Below are positions 10,358 to 20,554 of a DNA stretch of 64,000 bases, one piece after another. The notes under the pieces are model-generated. The model saw only the letters and a program-made list of their open reading frames with translations, did not search any database and was not told the origin of the DNA. Source of the DNA: an uncultured Candidatus Rokubacteria bacterium (GTDB lineage: Bacteria > Methylomirabilota > Methylomirabilia > Rokubacteriales > DASRDR01); the NCBI GenBank assembly GCA_963799055.1, contig CAWCVP010000012.1, positions 25,640-89,639 of the forward strand, in the 5' to 3' direction. Numbering within the stretch: the stretch's first letter is position 1; each line of letters begins with the position of its first letter. Made by a program: the position numbers and the translations under genes.

Positions 10358-11653
10358 GTGAGCGGCGCGATCACCGTTGCGGCGATCCTGATCGCCGCCG
10401 GGACCGGCGGGTGCGGAGCCATGGGCGGCGGCGCCAAACCCGCCGGCGAGGCCAAGGCGCCCACCGATCCGGTAGCCGTCCTTCGCCAGGACGTGGACCG
10501 CCTCCGCGCGGACCTCGCCGAGATCCGCTCCCTCATCGAATCGGCCAAGAGCGCCGCCGTCGAGCACACGAACCGCGCGGCGGGCGAGACTCGCGCCGAG
10601 ATGGACGCCATCCAGAAGGCGCTGGAGGCGTCGGCCCGCCACGACCTCCAGCGCCAGGTCGAGGTGCTCGACTCCCAGGCCCGGCGCATCGACATTCTCG
10701 ACAAGCGCGCAACCGAGCAGGGTCAGGCGCTGCGACGGGTCGAGATGGTGCTCACCGGCATCGAGAGCCAGCTCGGCCGAGTCCTGGAGAACAACCCGCC
10801 GGTGTCGTCCGGGCGCGGGGGCCGACCCGGCGCCTCCGCGAGGTCGCCGGCGACGCCGGCGCCCACCGAGTCCGCCGGGACGGGCGGGGCCTCGGATCCG
10901 ACTCCTGCGCCGACCGGCGCGGCCGGCGCCGACCTGAGCCCACCCGCGATGCTCGGGCTGTCTCGGAATCCGCGAAGCCCGGCGCCGGCGGCGGGTTCGG
11001 AAGCCATGGCAGATCCCGCGCCCCCGCGTCCGGTCGCGGCGTCGAAGGCGCCGGCTCCGCCAGCCGAGGAGGCGCCTCGCGCGGGGAAGCCGGTCGAGAT
11101 GGCCCGAGACGCGAAGGCCGCGACCCCGGCGCGCCCGTCGACGGACGAAGCGGCACGCCTGCCGAAAGCCGCCCCGCCGGCTCGCGAGGCGAAGGCGGCG
11201 CCTCCGGAGCGCCCGGCAGGGGACACGGTCGCGCGCGAGCCGAAGGCCCGCTCCGCGACGGCACCGCCGGCCGCAGGGTCGTCCGCCGCGCGCGATCTGT
11301 ACAATCGCGCCATGCAGAGCTGGGACAAGGGCGAGCGCGGCCAGGCCGTGCTCGACTTCGAAGATCTCGTGCGGCGGTTTCCCGGCGACCCGCTGGTGGC
11401 CGCCGCGCAGTTCCGGATCGGCGAGGCGTACTATGCGGCGCGCGACTTCGAGCGCGCCGCGCTCGGATACCGGAAGGCGGTCGAGCTCGACCCGACGGGC
11501 AAGGACACGCCGCAGGCACTGCTTCGCCTCGGCCTCGCGTACCGGGCGCAGAAGCGGGAGGCCGACGCGCGCCAGGCCTGGAACCAGCTGGTCCGCGACT
11601 TCCCCGAGAGCGATGCCACCGAGGAGGCTCGCCGGGCCCTGCGCGGGCGCTGA
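10358..11653 (+). CDS. CpoB/YbgF-like exported protein: coiled coil, long Pro/Ala linker, C-terminal TPR domain
   Basis: Hydrophobic N-terminus ending GTGGC (possible lipoprotein); heptad region; C-terminal DLYNRA...AQFRIGEAYY...ALLRLGLAY...LVRDFPES typical of YbgF TPRs. Confidence 0.75.
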   Translation: MSGAITVAAILIAAGTGGCGAMGGGAKPAGEAKAPTDPVAVLRQDVDRLRADLAEIRSLIESAKSAAVEHTNRAAGETRAEMDAIQKALEASARHDLQRQVEVLDSQARRIDILDKRATEQGQALRRVEMVLTGIESQLGRVLENNPPVSSGRGGRPGASARSPATPAPTESAGTGGASDPTPAPTGAAGADLSPPAMLGLSRNPRSPAPAAGSEAMADPAPPRPVAASKAPAPPAEEAPRAGKPVEMARDAKAATPARPSTDEAARLPKAAPPAREAKAAPPERPAGDTVAREPKARSATAPPAAGSSAARDLYNRAMQSWDKGERGQAVLDFEDLVRRFPGDPLVAAAQFRIGEAYYAARDFERAALGYRKAVELDPTGKDTPQALLRLGLAYRAQKREADARQAWNQLVRDFPESDATEEARRALRGR

Positions 11654-11698
11654 CCGGCCGCGCGCCCGATTCCGCCCCGAGGAGATTCCCTGGAGCGC

Positions 11699-12613
11699 AT
11701 GGAGTCCGCAGACGACGTTCGATCGAGCCTGGCCGTCGCCCCGCTCGCCGACCTCCGCCGGCACGAGGAGACGTCGGTGTCGGGGGAAGCGGGAGTGAGG
11801 GACCTGCTCGTCGCGGCCGGTGCCCTGTCGTGGCCACTGGTGGTCGACGCGCGGTCCGGACTCATCCTCGACGGCAGCCATCGGGCGGTCGTCCTGGCCC
11901 GCGATCTCGGGGCACGCTACGCCCTGGTCCAGCAGGTCCAGCTCGACGCGCCTGACGTTCACCTCGGGACCTGGTGTCGGGTGCTGGAGGGGGTGACCGG
12001 GGCCGCCTTCGACGACGCGCGCCGGATGCTCGGGCTCGAGGCGGGCGCGCGCGACGAGGATCTCCGCTGTCACTACGCCGGCCGGGTCTACACGCGGCCG
12101 GGGTCCCGGCCCGAGGCCCACGGACTGGCGCAGGCGCTGGAGCGTCTGCTCTCGTCGAACGGCCACCAACTGCGGGCGCGCCTCGTCGAGGAGGACGCAG
12201 CCGCCGCGTGGCTCGACGCGACGGACGTCGTCGTCCTCCGGCCACCGTCGGTGGACAAGCCCACCATCCGCCAGCGACCGGACGGGGGACTCCTGCCGCC
12301 GAAGTCGACCCGGTTCGTGCTCCCATACCGCGTGTTCGGGCTCGGCATACCCTTGGCGGCGCTCGGCGGGACGCGGGACGCCCTCCTCGCCCGGCTGGAG
12401 GAGGAGCGGGCGCGGCCCCTCCTGTGTCTCGGCGCCGGGCTCTCCGTCGACCGTCGTTACCCCGAGCGGCTCTGGCAGTTCACCGACTACCGGGTGCCCG
12501 ATCGGCTCTTCGCCGACGGGGCGGGCCGTCGCGCGTACGCGGAGGCGCTCGCGCGGGCGGCGCTGTCGTCGCCCGACCACCGCCGACAATTCGACCAATC
12601 CGGCCGCGCCTGA
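11699..12613 (+). CDS. ParB/Srx-fold protein, putative free L-serine kinase (SerK/SbnI family)
   Basis: [26 protein letters not shown] and [12 protein letters not shown] match, in order and approximate spacing, the PHE / DGHHR / YTW / PKTTRHVLP motifs I recall for archaeal SerK; no ParB HTH. Confidence 0.7.
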   Translation: MESADDVRSSLAVAPLADLRRHEETSVSGEAGVRDLLVAAGALSWPLVVDARSGLILDGSHRAVVLARDLGARYALVQQVQLDAPDVHLGTWCRVLEGVTGAAFDDARRMLGLEAGARDEDLRCHYAGRVYTRPGSRPEAHGLAQALERLLSSNGHQLRARLVEEDAAAAWLDATDVVVLRPPSVDKPTIRQRPDGGLLPPKSTRFVLPYRVFGLGIPLAALGGTRDALLARLEEERARPLLCLGAGLSVDRRYPERLWQFTDYRVPDRLFADGAGRRAYAEALARAALSSPDHRRQFDQSGRA

Positions 12614-12633
12614 CACACTCGAAGGAGGCTTCT

Positions 12634-13998
12634 GTGGCCCAGACCAAGTTCCTGCTCGACGAGAAGGACCTGCCGAGCCGCTGGTACAACATCCAGGCCG
12701 ATCTGCCGGTGCCGCTTCCGCCGGTGATCCACCCCGGCACGCTCCAGCCGATCGGCCCGCAGGACCTCGCGCCCCTGTTCCCGATGGAGATCATCAAGCA
12801 GGAGGTGAGCCAGGAGCGCTGGATCGACATCCCGGAGCCCGTCCGCGACGTGTACCGTCTCTGGCGGCCCACGCCGCTCTACCGCGCCCATCGGCTCGAG
12901 AAGGCGCTCGGCACGCCCGCGCGGATCTACTACAAGTGGGAGGGCGTCTCGCCGGCCGGCAGCCACAAGCCGAACACCGCGGTCGCCCAGGCCTACTACA
13001 ACCATCAGGAGGGCGTCCGGCGCGTCACGACGGAAACGGGCGCCGGGCAGTGGGGCTCGGCGCTCTCCTTCGCGTGCCAGCTCTTCGGCATCGAGTGCAA
13101 GGTCTACATGGTGCGGGTCTCCTACGATCAGAAGCCGTACCGGCGCGTGATGATGGAGACGTGGGGTGGCAAGGTCGTGGCCAGCCCGTCGCGGGAGACG
13201 GCGGCGGGCCGCGCGGTGCTCGCGAAGGACCCGCAGTCGCCCGGGAGCCTCGGGATCGCCATCTCCGAGGCGGTCGAGGAGGCCGCGCAGCGTGAGGACA
13301 CGAAGTACTCGCTCGGCTCCGTGCTCAACCACGTGCTGACCCACCAGACCGTCATCGGTCTCGAGGCGCAGCGCCAGCTCGAGATGGCCGGCGACCGGCC
13401 CGACATCCTCGTCGGCTGCATCGGGGGCGGGTCGAACTTCGGCGGCTTCACGTTCCCCTTCCTCCAGGACAAGCTGAACGGGCGGCGCAAGGATCTCCGC
13501 GTCATCGCCGTCGAGCCGCAGGCGACCCCGAGCCTCACCAAGGGCGAGTACGTCTACGACTTCGGCGACACCGGGCAAATGACGCCCCTGATCAAGATGT
13601 ACACGCTCGGGCACTCCTTCATCCCGGCGCCGATCCACGCCGGAGGCCTCCGCTATCACGGCATGGCGCCGCTCGTCTGCGCGCTCTACGACGCGAAGGT
13701 CATCGAGGCGGTGGCCGTCCACCAGAACCCGACCTTCGAGGCCGCGCTGACCTTTGCCCGGGCGGAGGGGTTCCTGCCCGCGCCGGAGGCGGCCCACGCG
13801 ATCCGGGTCGTCATCGACGAGGCGCTCCGCTGCAAGGCATCGGGGGAGCGGAAGGTCATCGCGTTCAACTTCTGCGGGCACGGCCACTTCGACCTCTCGG
13901 CCTACGAGCGCTACATGACGGGGAAGCTCGAGGACTTCGAGTATCCGGCGGAGCAGGTGAAGGCGGCGCTGGCCGGGCTTCCCAAGGTCAAGGCCTGA
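12634..13998 (+). CDS. trpB2: TrpB2 (type 2 tryptophan synthase beta chain, TrpB-like PLP enzyme)
   Basis: GTG 12634 after AAGGAGG; WYNIQAD N-terminal extension, PLP lysine in [47 protein letters not shown]. Confidence 0.95.
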   Translation: MAQTKFLLDEKDLPSRWYNIQADLPVPLPPVIHPGTLQPIGPQDLAPLFPMEIIKQEVSQERWIDIPEPVRDVYRLWRPTPLYRAHRLEKALGTPARIYYKWEGVSPAGSHKPNTAVAQAYYNHQEGVRRVTTETGAGQWGSALSFACQLFGIECKVYMVRVSYDQKPYRRVMMETWGGKVVASPSRETAAGRAVLAKDPQSPGSLGIAISEAVEEAAQREDTKYSLGSVLNHVLTHQTVIGLEAQRQLEMAGDRPDILVGCIGGGSNFGGFTFPFLQDKLNGRRKDLRVIAVEPQATPSLTKGEYVYDFGDTGQMTPLIKMYTLGHSFIPAPIHAGGLRYHGMAPLVCALYDAKVIEAVAVHQNPTFEAALTFARAEGFLPAPEAAHAIRVVIDEALRCKASGERKVIAFNFCGHGHFDLSAYERYMTGKLEDFEYPAEQVKAALAGLPKVKA

Positions 13999-14044
13999 CG
14001 CCCGCGAATCCCCTCGATCGCGCGGACGAGTCGGGCGCTACGGG

Positions 14045-14503
14045 TTACTCCAGGCGCTTCTCGTAGCAGAGGCTGAGGGGATCGTCGGTGTAGTCGCCGA
14101 ATGGGGCGATGCGGCGAAACCCCGCTCGCTCGTAGAGGCTGATGGCCTCCGGCTGGTAGATGCCGGTCTCGAGTCGGACGAGGTTGACCCCGTTTCGGCG
14201 CGCGTATCCGATCAGATGGTCGAGCATGAGCTTGCCGAGCCCGAGTCCCCGGTACGGCGGGCGAACGAACATGCGCTTCACTTCTCCGTAGTCGGTTCCG
14301 AAGAGCTTGATTCCGCCGCAGCCGGCCGGCGCGCCATCGTAGCGCGTGACGAAGAACGCCACGTTCTCGGCCAGGAGCTTGGCCACGCTGAAGCCGTGCC
14401 GGCTCTCGACGGGATAGAACGAGGCGAGATGCGCCTCCAGCTCGGCGATCAGCGCCTGGGCGTCGGGCGTGTCAGGGCGCTCGGGAGAAACAAGAGCGGG
14501 CAT
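14045..14503 (-). CDS. GNAT family N-acetyltransferase
   Basis: GEVKRMFVRPPYRGLGLG, RLETGIYQPEAISLYERAGF. Confidence 0.9.
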   Translation of the reverse strand: MPALVSPERPDTPDAQALIAELEAHLASFYPVESRHGFSVAKLLAENVAFFVTRYDGAPAGCGGIKLFGTDYGEVKRMFVRPPYRGLGLGKLMLDHLIGYARRNGVNLVRLETGIYQPEAISLYERAGFRRIAPFGDYTDDPLSLCYEKRLE

Positions 14504-14639
14504 GGCTGCCGAGTATACCGGAAGCCGTCCGGGCCGGGATCGACCGCCTGGCTCGCCGCACGGCCCCGTTTGGCGCCTCCCATCAGCCGACCGCTCACGC
14601 GCTGTCGCACGACGAGGTGGGAATCACCTGGCCCGGGCC

Positions 14640-14676
14640 TTGACGCCCGCGTGGATATGCCATATACGTATGGCAT
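14640..14676 (+). promoter_or_regulatory. sigma70 promoter with overlapping palindromic operator of the TA operon
   Basis: TTGACG (14640-45), 17 bp spacer, TATACG (14663-68); inverted repeat ATGCCATA-tacg-TATGGCAT (14657-76) just before the ATG at 14678. Confidence 0.75.
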
Positions 14677-14677
14677 C

Positions 14678-14914
14678 ATGAGCGTGACGCGGACGACGGT
14701 CTATCTCGACCGGGCCGACTACGAGCGGCTCAAGGCCATCGCCCGTGCACGTCGCCGCCCGCCGGCCGCGCTGATCCGGGAGGCGGTGGCGGAATACGCG
14801 CGCCGACACGGCGGGCGGCGTCTACCGAAGAGCGTCGGGGTCGGACGAAGCGGTCGCGGGGATCTCAGCGAGCGCGCGGAGGAGCTGCTGGCGGGCATGG
14901 GCCGCCCCTCGTGA
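14678..14914 (+). CDS. CopG/ribbon-helix-helix antitoxin
   Basis: MSVTRTTVYL..DYERLKAIA...AALIREAVAEY; C-terminal GRSGRGDLSERAEELL; overlaps the PIN gene. Confidence 0.88.
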   Translation: MSVTRTTVYLDRADYERLKAIARARRRPPAALIREAVAEYARRHGGRRLPKSVGVGRSGRGDLSERAEELLAGMGRPS

Positions 14915-15324
14915 TCGTCGCCGACACGGGCGCGGTGCTGGCCTTGATCGACGCCGACGATGGCCACCACCAGACGCTGGCCGCCGTGTACCGAGAGGAT
15001 CCTTCGTCGTGGATCGTGCCGTGGGCGGTCCTACCCGAAGTGGACTACCTGCTCGGGGAACACGTCGGGTCACGTGCGCAGGACGCGTTCCTCTCTGACC
15101 TGGGTCGCGGCGAATGGGTCGTGGACTGGGGTGGAGAGGCCGACCTCCGGCGGGCGAACGAGATCGCGACCCGCTACAAGGCCCTGCGCCTCGGGCTCGT
15201 GGACGCAGCGGTCATCGCGGCCGCCGAGCGCCTGCGCGCGACGGCCATCGCCACGCTGGATCTCCGGCACTTCGGCGCCGTCGCGATCCGAGGACGGCCG
15301 CGGCTCATCCCGCGGGATCTGTGA
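14911..15324 (+). CDS. vapC: VapC family PIN-domain toxin
   Basis: IVADTGAVLA, VLPEVDY, LGLVDAAVIA, ATLDLRHF. Confidence 0.92.
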   Translation: MIVADTGAVLALIDADDGHHQTLAAVYREDPSSWIVPWAVLPEVDYLLGEHVGSRAQDAFLSDLGRGEWVVDWGGEADLRRANEIATRYKALRLGLVDAAVIAAAERLRATAIATLDLRHFGAVAIRGRPRLIPRDL

Positions 15325-15331
15325 TCACCTG

Positions 15332-16487
15332 ATGGACTTCCGGCTGAGCCCCGAGCAGGAGGAGTTCCGGCGGACGGTCGCGCGCTTCGTCGACGCGGAG
15401 GTCGCGCCGGTCGCCCAGCGCCTCGACGAGGCGGGCGAGTTCCCGCGCGCCCTGTTCCGGCGCCTGGGCGAGCAGGGATACCTCGGTCTCCGCTACCCCG
15501 AGGCCTTCGGCGGGGCCGACGCCGACTTCGTGACCTACTGCCTCTTCGCCGAGGAGCTGGCCCGTGGCTCCATGTCCCTCGCGGCGCTCGCCGCGATGCA
15601 GAGCCTGATGGGGACGCACTTCGTGTGGAAGTACGGGAGCGAGGCGCTCCGCCAGCGCTATCTCGTCCCGGCGCTCCGCGGGGAGAAGGTCGCCACCTTC
15701 GCGCTCACCGAGCCGGGCGCGGGCTCCGACATCGGCAGCCTCACGACCATGGCCGAGCGCGTCGACGGCGGCTGGCGCCTCCGGGGGACCAAGACGTGGG
15801 TCACCAACGCGCCCGTCGCCGACATGCTGACGGTGTGCGCCAAGACGTCCCCCGAGCGGGGGATGAAGCACATCGCGCTGTTCCTGGTCGACCGACAGTT
15901 TCCCGGCGTGACCCTGGGGAAGCGGATCGAAAAGCTCGGCGATCCGCGCCTCGGCCACCGGCGAGATCGTCCTCGACGACGTGGTGGTGCCGGACGAGCA
16001 CCTCCTCGGCGGCGAGACGGGCGGCGTCGAGAAGGTGGGCGGGATCCTCTCCGAGATCCGGATCATGACCGGCGCCCTGTCGGTGGGGCTCGGCCGGGCC
16101 GCCTACGAGGCGGCGCTCCGCTACTCGAAGGAGCGCGTCACCTTCGGGAAGCCCATCGGCGAGCACCAGGCGGTGACCTTCAAGCTCGTCGACATGCTGA
16201 CCCAGCTCCACGCGTCGAGCCTGCTCGTCTACCACGCCGCGTGGTGCGTGGACCAGGGCCGGCCGGTCACGCGCGAGGCGGCGATGACCAAGCTCTTCGC
16301 CTCGGAGGCCGCCAACCGCATCTGCGACGAGGCGTCCCGGATCTTCGCGTCCTACTCGTTCGCGACCGAGTATCCGGTCGAGCGCTACTTCCGGGACGCC
16401 CGCTTCCTCCTCTGGGGCGGCGGCACCTCCGAGATCCTCCGGGTCATCATCGGGCGCGACCTCGACCGTCCGCCGACGCTGGCATGA
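15332..16487 (+). CDS. acyl-CoA dehydrogenase; frameshift ~15940
   Basis: FALTEPGAGSD, GTKTWVTN, KERVTFGKPI, ERYFRDAR, GGTSEILR. Confidence 0.92.
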
Positions 16488-16539
16488 TTCCCACCTTCTA
16501 CACGCTCACGACCCGCCCGCGCTGACCTGCGGGACCCCG

Positions 16540-17298
16540 ATGCCTCAATGGTTCGAGGACGAGTCGCTCTGGGCCGATCTCTACCCGTTCTGGTTCTCGG
16601 AGGAGCGCCTCGGAGCCGGCGAGGACGAGGTCGCCAAGATCCTCGCGCTCGTCGGACTGACCGCTCCCGGGGGGAAGGCGGTCCTGGACCTCTGCTGCGG
16701 CCCGGGCCGCCATGCCGTCCCGCTGGCCCAGCGCGGCATGCGGGTCACGGGGGTCGATCGCACAGCGCTTCCATCTCGACCGGGCCCGCGAGCGCGCGCG
16801 GCTTGCCGGGGGTGGACGTCGAGCTGGTCGACGCCGACATGCGGGACTTCCGACGCCCGGCGGCGTACGACCTGGCCCTCTCGCTCTTCACGTCGTTCGG
16901 GTACTTCGACTCGCGGGACGACGACCTCCGGGTGCTCCGGAACGTGCGGGCGAGCCTCAGGGCCCACGGCGCCCTCGTGATCGACGTGATGGGCAAGGAG
17001 TGGCTCGCTCGCCACTTCCGGCCCACGCGCTCCCGGTCGCTTCCCGACGGGACGCTGCTGATCGACCGCAGCACCGTGGTGGACGACTGGACGCGGGTGG
17101 AGAATCAAGGGGTGCTGATCCGGCGAGGGGCGAGTCCGAACGTTCCTGCTGCGGCTCAACGTGTACTCCGGCCTCGAGCTGAGGGACCGGCTCACGGCGG
17201 CGGGCTTCGAAGCCGTGGCGCTCTACGGAGGGCTCGACGGCTCGCCATACGGGCTCGATGCCGCGCGGCTGGTCGCGGTCGCCCGCGCGGGCGGCTGA
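16540..17298 (+). CDS. class I SAM-dependent methyltransferase; frameshifts ~16775 and ~17135
   Basis: VLDLCCGPGRHA, VTGVDR, DADMRDF, LFTSFGYF. Confidence 0.85.
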
Positions 17299-17324
17299 CC
17301 CGAAGCGGGCCACGGGGGAGGGGA

Positions 17325-18068
17325 ATGCGGCTCGAGGGGCGTGTGGCGCTGATCACCGGGGCGGGAAGCGGCATCGGCGAGGCGACCGCCCGGCGGTTCG
17401 CGCGCGAGGGCGCGGTCGTCGTCGTCAATGACGTCGACGTGGAGGCGGCGCGGTCGGTGGCGACCGAGCTCCAGCGTGGCGGCGCCCGGGCGCTGTCGGT
17501 GGCCGCCGACGTCACCCGGCGGGCGGACGTCGAGGCGATGGTGACGCACGTCGTCGGCGAGCTCGGGCGCCTGGACGTGCTGGTCAACAACGCCGGGATC
17601 AACCGGGACGCGATGAGCCACAAGATGACCGAGGAGCAGTGGGATCAGGTCCTCACGGTCAATCTCAAGGGCACGTTCCTCTGCGCCCAGGCCGCGCTCC
17701 TTCGCATGCGGGAGAAGGGCTGGGGACGCGTGATCAACACCTCGTCGATCGGGTCCCTCGGCAATATCGGGCAGGCCAACTACTCCGCCTCGAAGGCGGG
17801 GGTCATCGGCCTCACGCGCACCCTCGCGCTCGAGTACGCGAAGTTCGGGGTGACCGTGAACTGCGTCGCGCCCGGCCCGGTCATGACGCGGATGCTCGCG
17901 GGGGTGCCGGCGCCGATCCGCGAGAAGATCGTCGCCCGGGTGCCGGCGGGCCGCATCGCCGATCCCGCGGAGATCGCCGCCGTGCACGCGTTCCTCGCCT
18001 CCGAGGACGCCGCCTTCATCACGGGCCAGGTCATCTTCGTCGACGGCGGCATGTCCGTCGGGGTCTGA
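17325..18068 (+). CDS. fabG: SDR, 3-oxoacyl-ACP/CoA reductase FabG-like
   Basis: ITGAGSGIG, NNAGINRD, YSASK, NCVAPG. Confidence 0.9.
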   Translation: MRLEGRVALITGAGSGIGEATARRFAREGAVVVVNDVDVEAARSVATELQRGGARALSVAADVTRRADVEAMVTHVVGELGRLDVLVNNAGINRDAMSHKMTEEQWDQVLTVNLKGTFLCAQAALLRMREKGWGRVINTSSIGSLGNIGQANYSASKAGVIGLTRTLALEYAKFGVTVNCVAPGPVMTRMLAGVPAPIREKIVARVPAGRIADPAEIAAVHAFLASEDAAFITGQVIFVDGGMSVGV

Positions 18069-18078
18069 CGGGCCGCCG

Positions 18079-19286
18079 ATGGACGGCGGACTCGACGCCG
18101 GCTCTCTTCGAGGCGATCCAGGCCGGCGACCTCGCCCGCGTGTCCGCCCTGCTGGACGGCGAGCCTGCGCTCGTCCGGGCCCGCGGTCCTGGCGGCGGGA
18201 CCCCCGCTCCTCTGGGCGTGCTACCACCGCGTGCCGGACGTCTTTGGCGTCCTGCGAGCCCGGGGTGCGATCCCGGATGTATTCGAGGCGGCCGCCGCCG
18301 GCGACGTAGCCCGGCTCGCAGCGCTCACGTCCGAGGATCCAGGGCGGATTGCCGCCCATGCCAGGGACGGCTGGACGCTGCTCCACTTGGCCGCCCACTT
18401 CGGCGAGACGGCGGCGGTGCGCCTGCTGATCGACCTGGGCGCCGACCCGCGGGCCCGCTCGCGGAACTCGCTCGACAACACCCCGCTGCACGCGGCGCTG
18501 GCCGGCAGCGCCGGACTGGACCTCGTGGACCGCCTGCTCGTCGCGGGAGCCGAGGTGAACGCCCTCGATGGCGCCGGCTTCTCGCCCCTCCATCTCGCCG
18601 CGATGCGGGGCGACCTGACCGTGGCGACCCGCCTCCTCCTGCGTGGCGCCGAGACGTCGACGCGGACCAAGGACGGCCAGACACCGGCCACTCTCGCCCG
18701 ATCCCACGGCCACGAGCCGATGGCGCGATTCCTCGAGACCTGGTGGGGCGAGCGCGCCCGGATCGTGGCACGGCGAGAGCGCCGGCTGTCGCCGTGGACG
18801 ACGCTCATCGAGAAGGATGTCGAGTTCGCGCCGGGCCGCCCGCCGGACACGTATCACGCCTTCGGCCCGTTCGACTGGGTCGTCGCCGTCGCCCGGCTGC
18901 CGGACGGGCGGATCCCGATCGTCCGGCAGTTCCGGCCGGGTATCGAGCAGTACACATGGGAGCTCCCCTCCGGCCTGATCGACCCGGGCGAGGACGCCGA
19001 GACCGCGTGCCGTCGGGAGCTGCTGGAGGAGACGGGACTCCGGGCCGAGCGTCTGACCTACTTGGGCGGCCTCCGACCGGACTCGGGCCGTCTCGATCTG
19101 ATCCAGCACGCTTTCCGGGTGGAGGCGATCGGACCTGTGTCGGAGTTCGTGCCGGAGCCGGGGATTGCGGTGGAGTACGTCCAGCCCGCGGACATCCTGG
19201 AGCTGATCGGCCTGGGCAGCTTCTGTCAGCTCCATCACATCGCCGCGCTCTTCCTGGCGGGGGTGACGCCGCCACGCCCGGACTGA
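18079..19286 (+). CDS. ankyrin-repeat / NUDIX hydrolase fusion protein; frameshifts near the 5' end
   Basis: Ankyrin repeats (GWTLLHLAAHFG, NTPLHAALAG, GFSPLHLAAMRG, GQTPATLA) in the same frame as RQFRP..WELPSG and the Nudix box GLIDPGEDAETACRRELLEETG. Confidence 0.8.
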
Positions 19287-19377
19287 GTCTCGGGCGGGCG
19301 GTGTCCCGCACCGCGCTCGCGGGCAGTGTTGAGGTATAAGGAGAGCGAGGCGGCCGGGCCGCCGTGGAGGCGCAGGC

Positions 19378-20541
19378 ATGCGGAGGGTGGCGCTGGTCGG
19401 GGCCGGGATGACGCGGTTCGGAGTCCGGAAGGCCACGTTCCGGGACCTGATCTGGGAGGCCGGCAAGGCCTGCTTCGACTCGATACCCGCGATCCGCCCG
19501 GCCGATCTCGAGGGAATCGTGGTGGGCTCGGTCATGCCCGAGCGCACGGCGTTCCAGAGCCACATCTCGTCGCTCGCGGCCGAGGCGCTCGGGATCAAGC
19601 CGAGCCGGCTCTCCGCCCGCACCGAGCACATGTGCGCGTCGGGGACGGTCGGGCTCCGCTATGCGTACGCGTTCATCGCCGCCGGCCTCGCGGACCTCGT
19701 GATGGTCCTCGGGGTCGAGAAGCTGAACGTCCCGACGGCGGACGAGGCCATCCTCAACATGGGCACCGGCGTCGACCGGGAGTGGGAAGCGGCCCACGGC
19801 CTCACCGCGCCGCCCTGCTTCGCCCTCGCCGCCCAGGCCCACATGGCGCGGTATGGCACGACCGAGGAGCAGATGGGGTTGGTCAGCGTCAAGAACCACA
19901 ACCACGCGGCCAGGAATCCGTACGCCCACTTCCAGAAGGGCACGACGCTCGACCAGGTGCTCTGCTCCCGGATGATCGCTGCCCCCTTCCGCCTGTTCAT
20001 GTGCTCGCCCATCACGGACGGGGCGGCCGCCGTGATCGTCGCGAGCGAGGAGCGGGCCCGTGACCTGACGGACCGGCCGGTCTGGATCCGCGGGACCGGC
20101 CAGGCCCTCGACGGCTTCACTCTCTCCTCGCTCCACGAGGACTACGCGCACTGGCCGGCGATGGAGCGCGCGGGCCGCGAGGCGTACCGGATGGCGGGCG
20201 TCGGCCCCGACGACGTGGACCTCGCCGAGGTGCACGACTGCTTCGCGATCGCCGAGATCATCGCGTACGAGGAGCTGGGCTTCTGCCCGAAGGGGGAGGG
20301 AGGCCGCTTCGTCGAGAAGGGGCTAGCCGACTACGGCGGGAAGGTCGTCGTCAATCCGCGGGGCGGGTTGATGGGCTGTGGGCATCCGCTCGGCGCCACC
20401 GGGATCGCGCAAGCCTGCGAGGCGTTCTGGCAGCTCCGCGACGAAGCGGGCGCGCGTCAGGTGGCCGGGGCCCGCCTTGCCCTCACCCACAACAACTCGG
20501 GCATGGGCGAGCACGTCGTCATGCTCTACGGGCGCGACTGA
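19378..20541 (+). CDS. SCP2-type thiolase (acetyl-CoA acetyltransferase family)
   Basis: Nucleophile Cys in EHMCASG; CSPITDGAAA; EVHDCF; GHPLGATG; C-terminal HN. Confidence 0.92.
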   Translation: MRRVALVGAGMTRFGVRKATFRDLIWEAGKACFDSIPAIRPADLEGIVVGSVMPERTAFQSHISSLAAEALGIKPSRLSARTEHMCASGTVGLRYAYAFIAAGLADLVMVLGVEKLNVPTADEAILNMGTGVDREWEAAHGLTAPPCFALAAQAHMARYGTTEEQMGLVSVKNHNHAARNPYAHFQKGTTLDQVLCSRMIAAPFRLFMCSPITDGAAAVIVASEERARDLTDRPVWIRGTGQALDGFTLSSLHEDYAHWPAMERAGREAYRMAGVGPDDVDLAEVHDCFAIAEIIAYEELGFCPKGEGGRFVEKGLADYGGKVVVNPRGGLMGCGHPLGATGIAQACEAFWQLRDEAGARQVAGARLALTHNNSGMGEHVVMLYGRD

Positions 20542-20554
20542 ACCGGCGGCGCCG

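Noticed and set aside
11699-12613. Chromosome-partitioning ParB
   Set aside because: No HTH or dimerisation domain, no parA next to it, and no GERRxRA motif; the motifs fit SerK/SbnI better.
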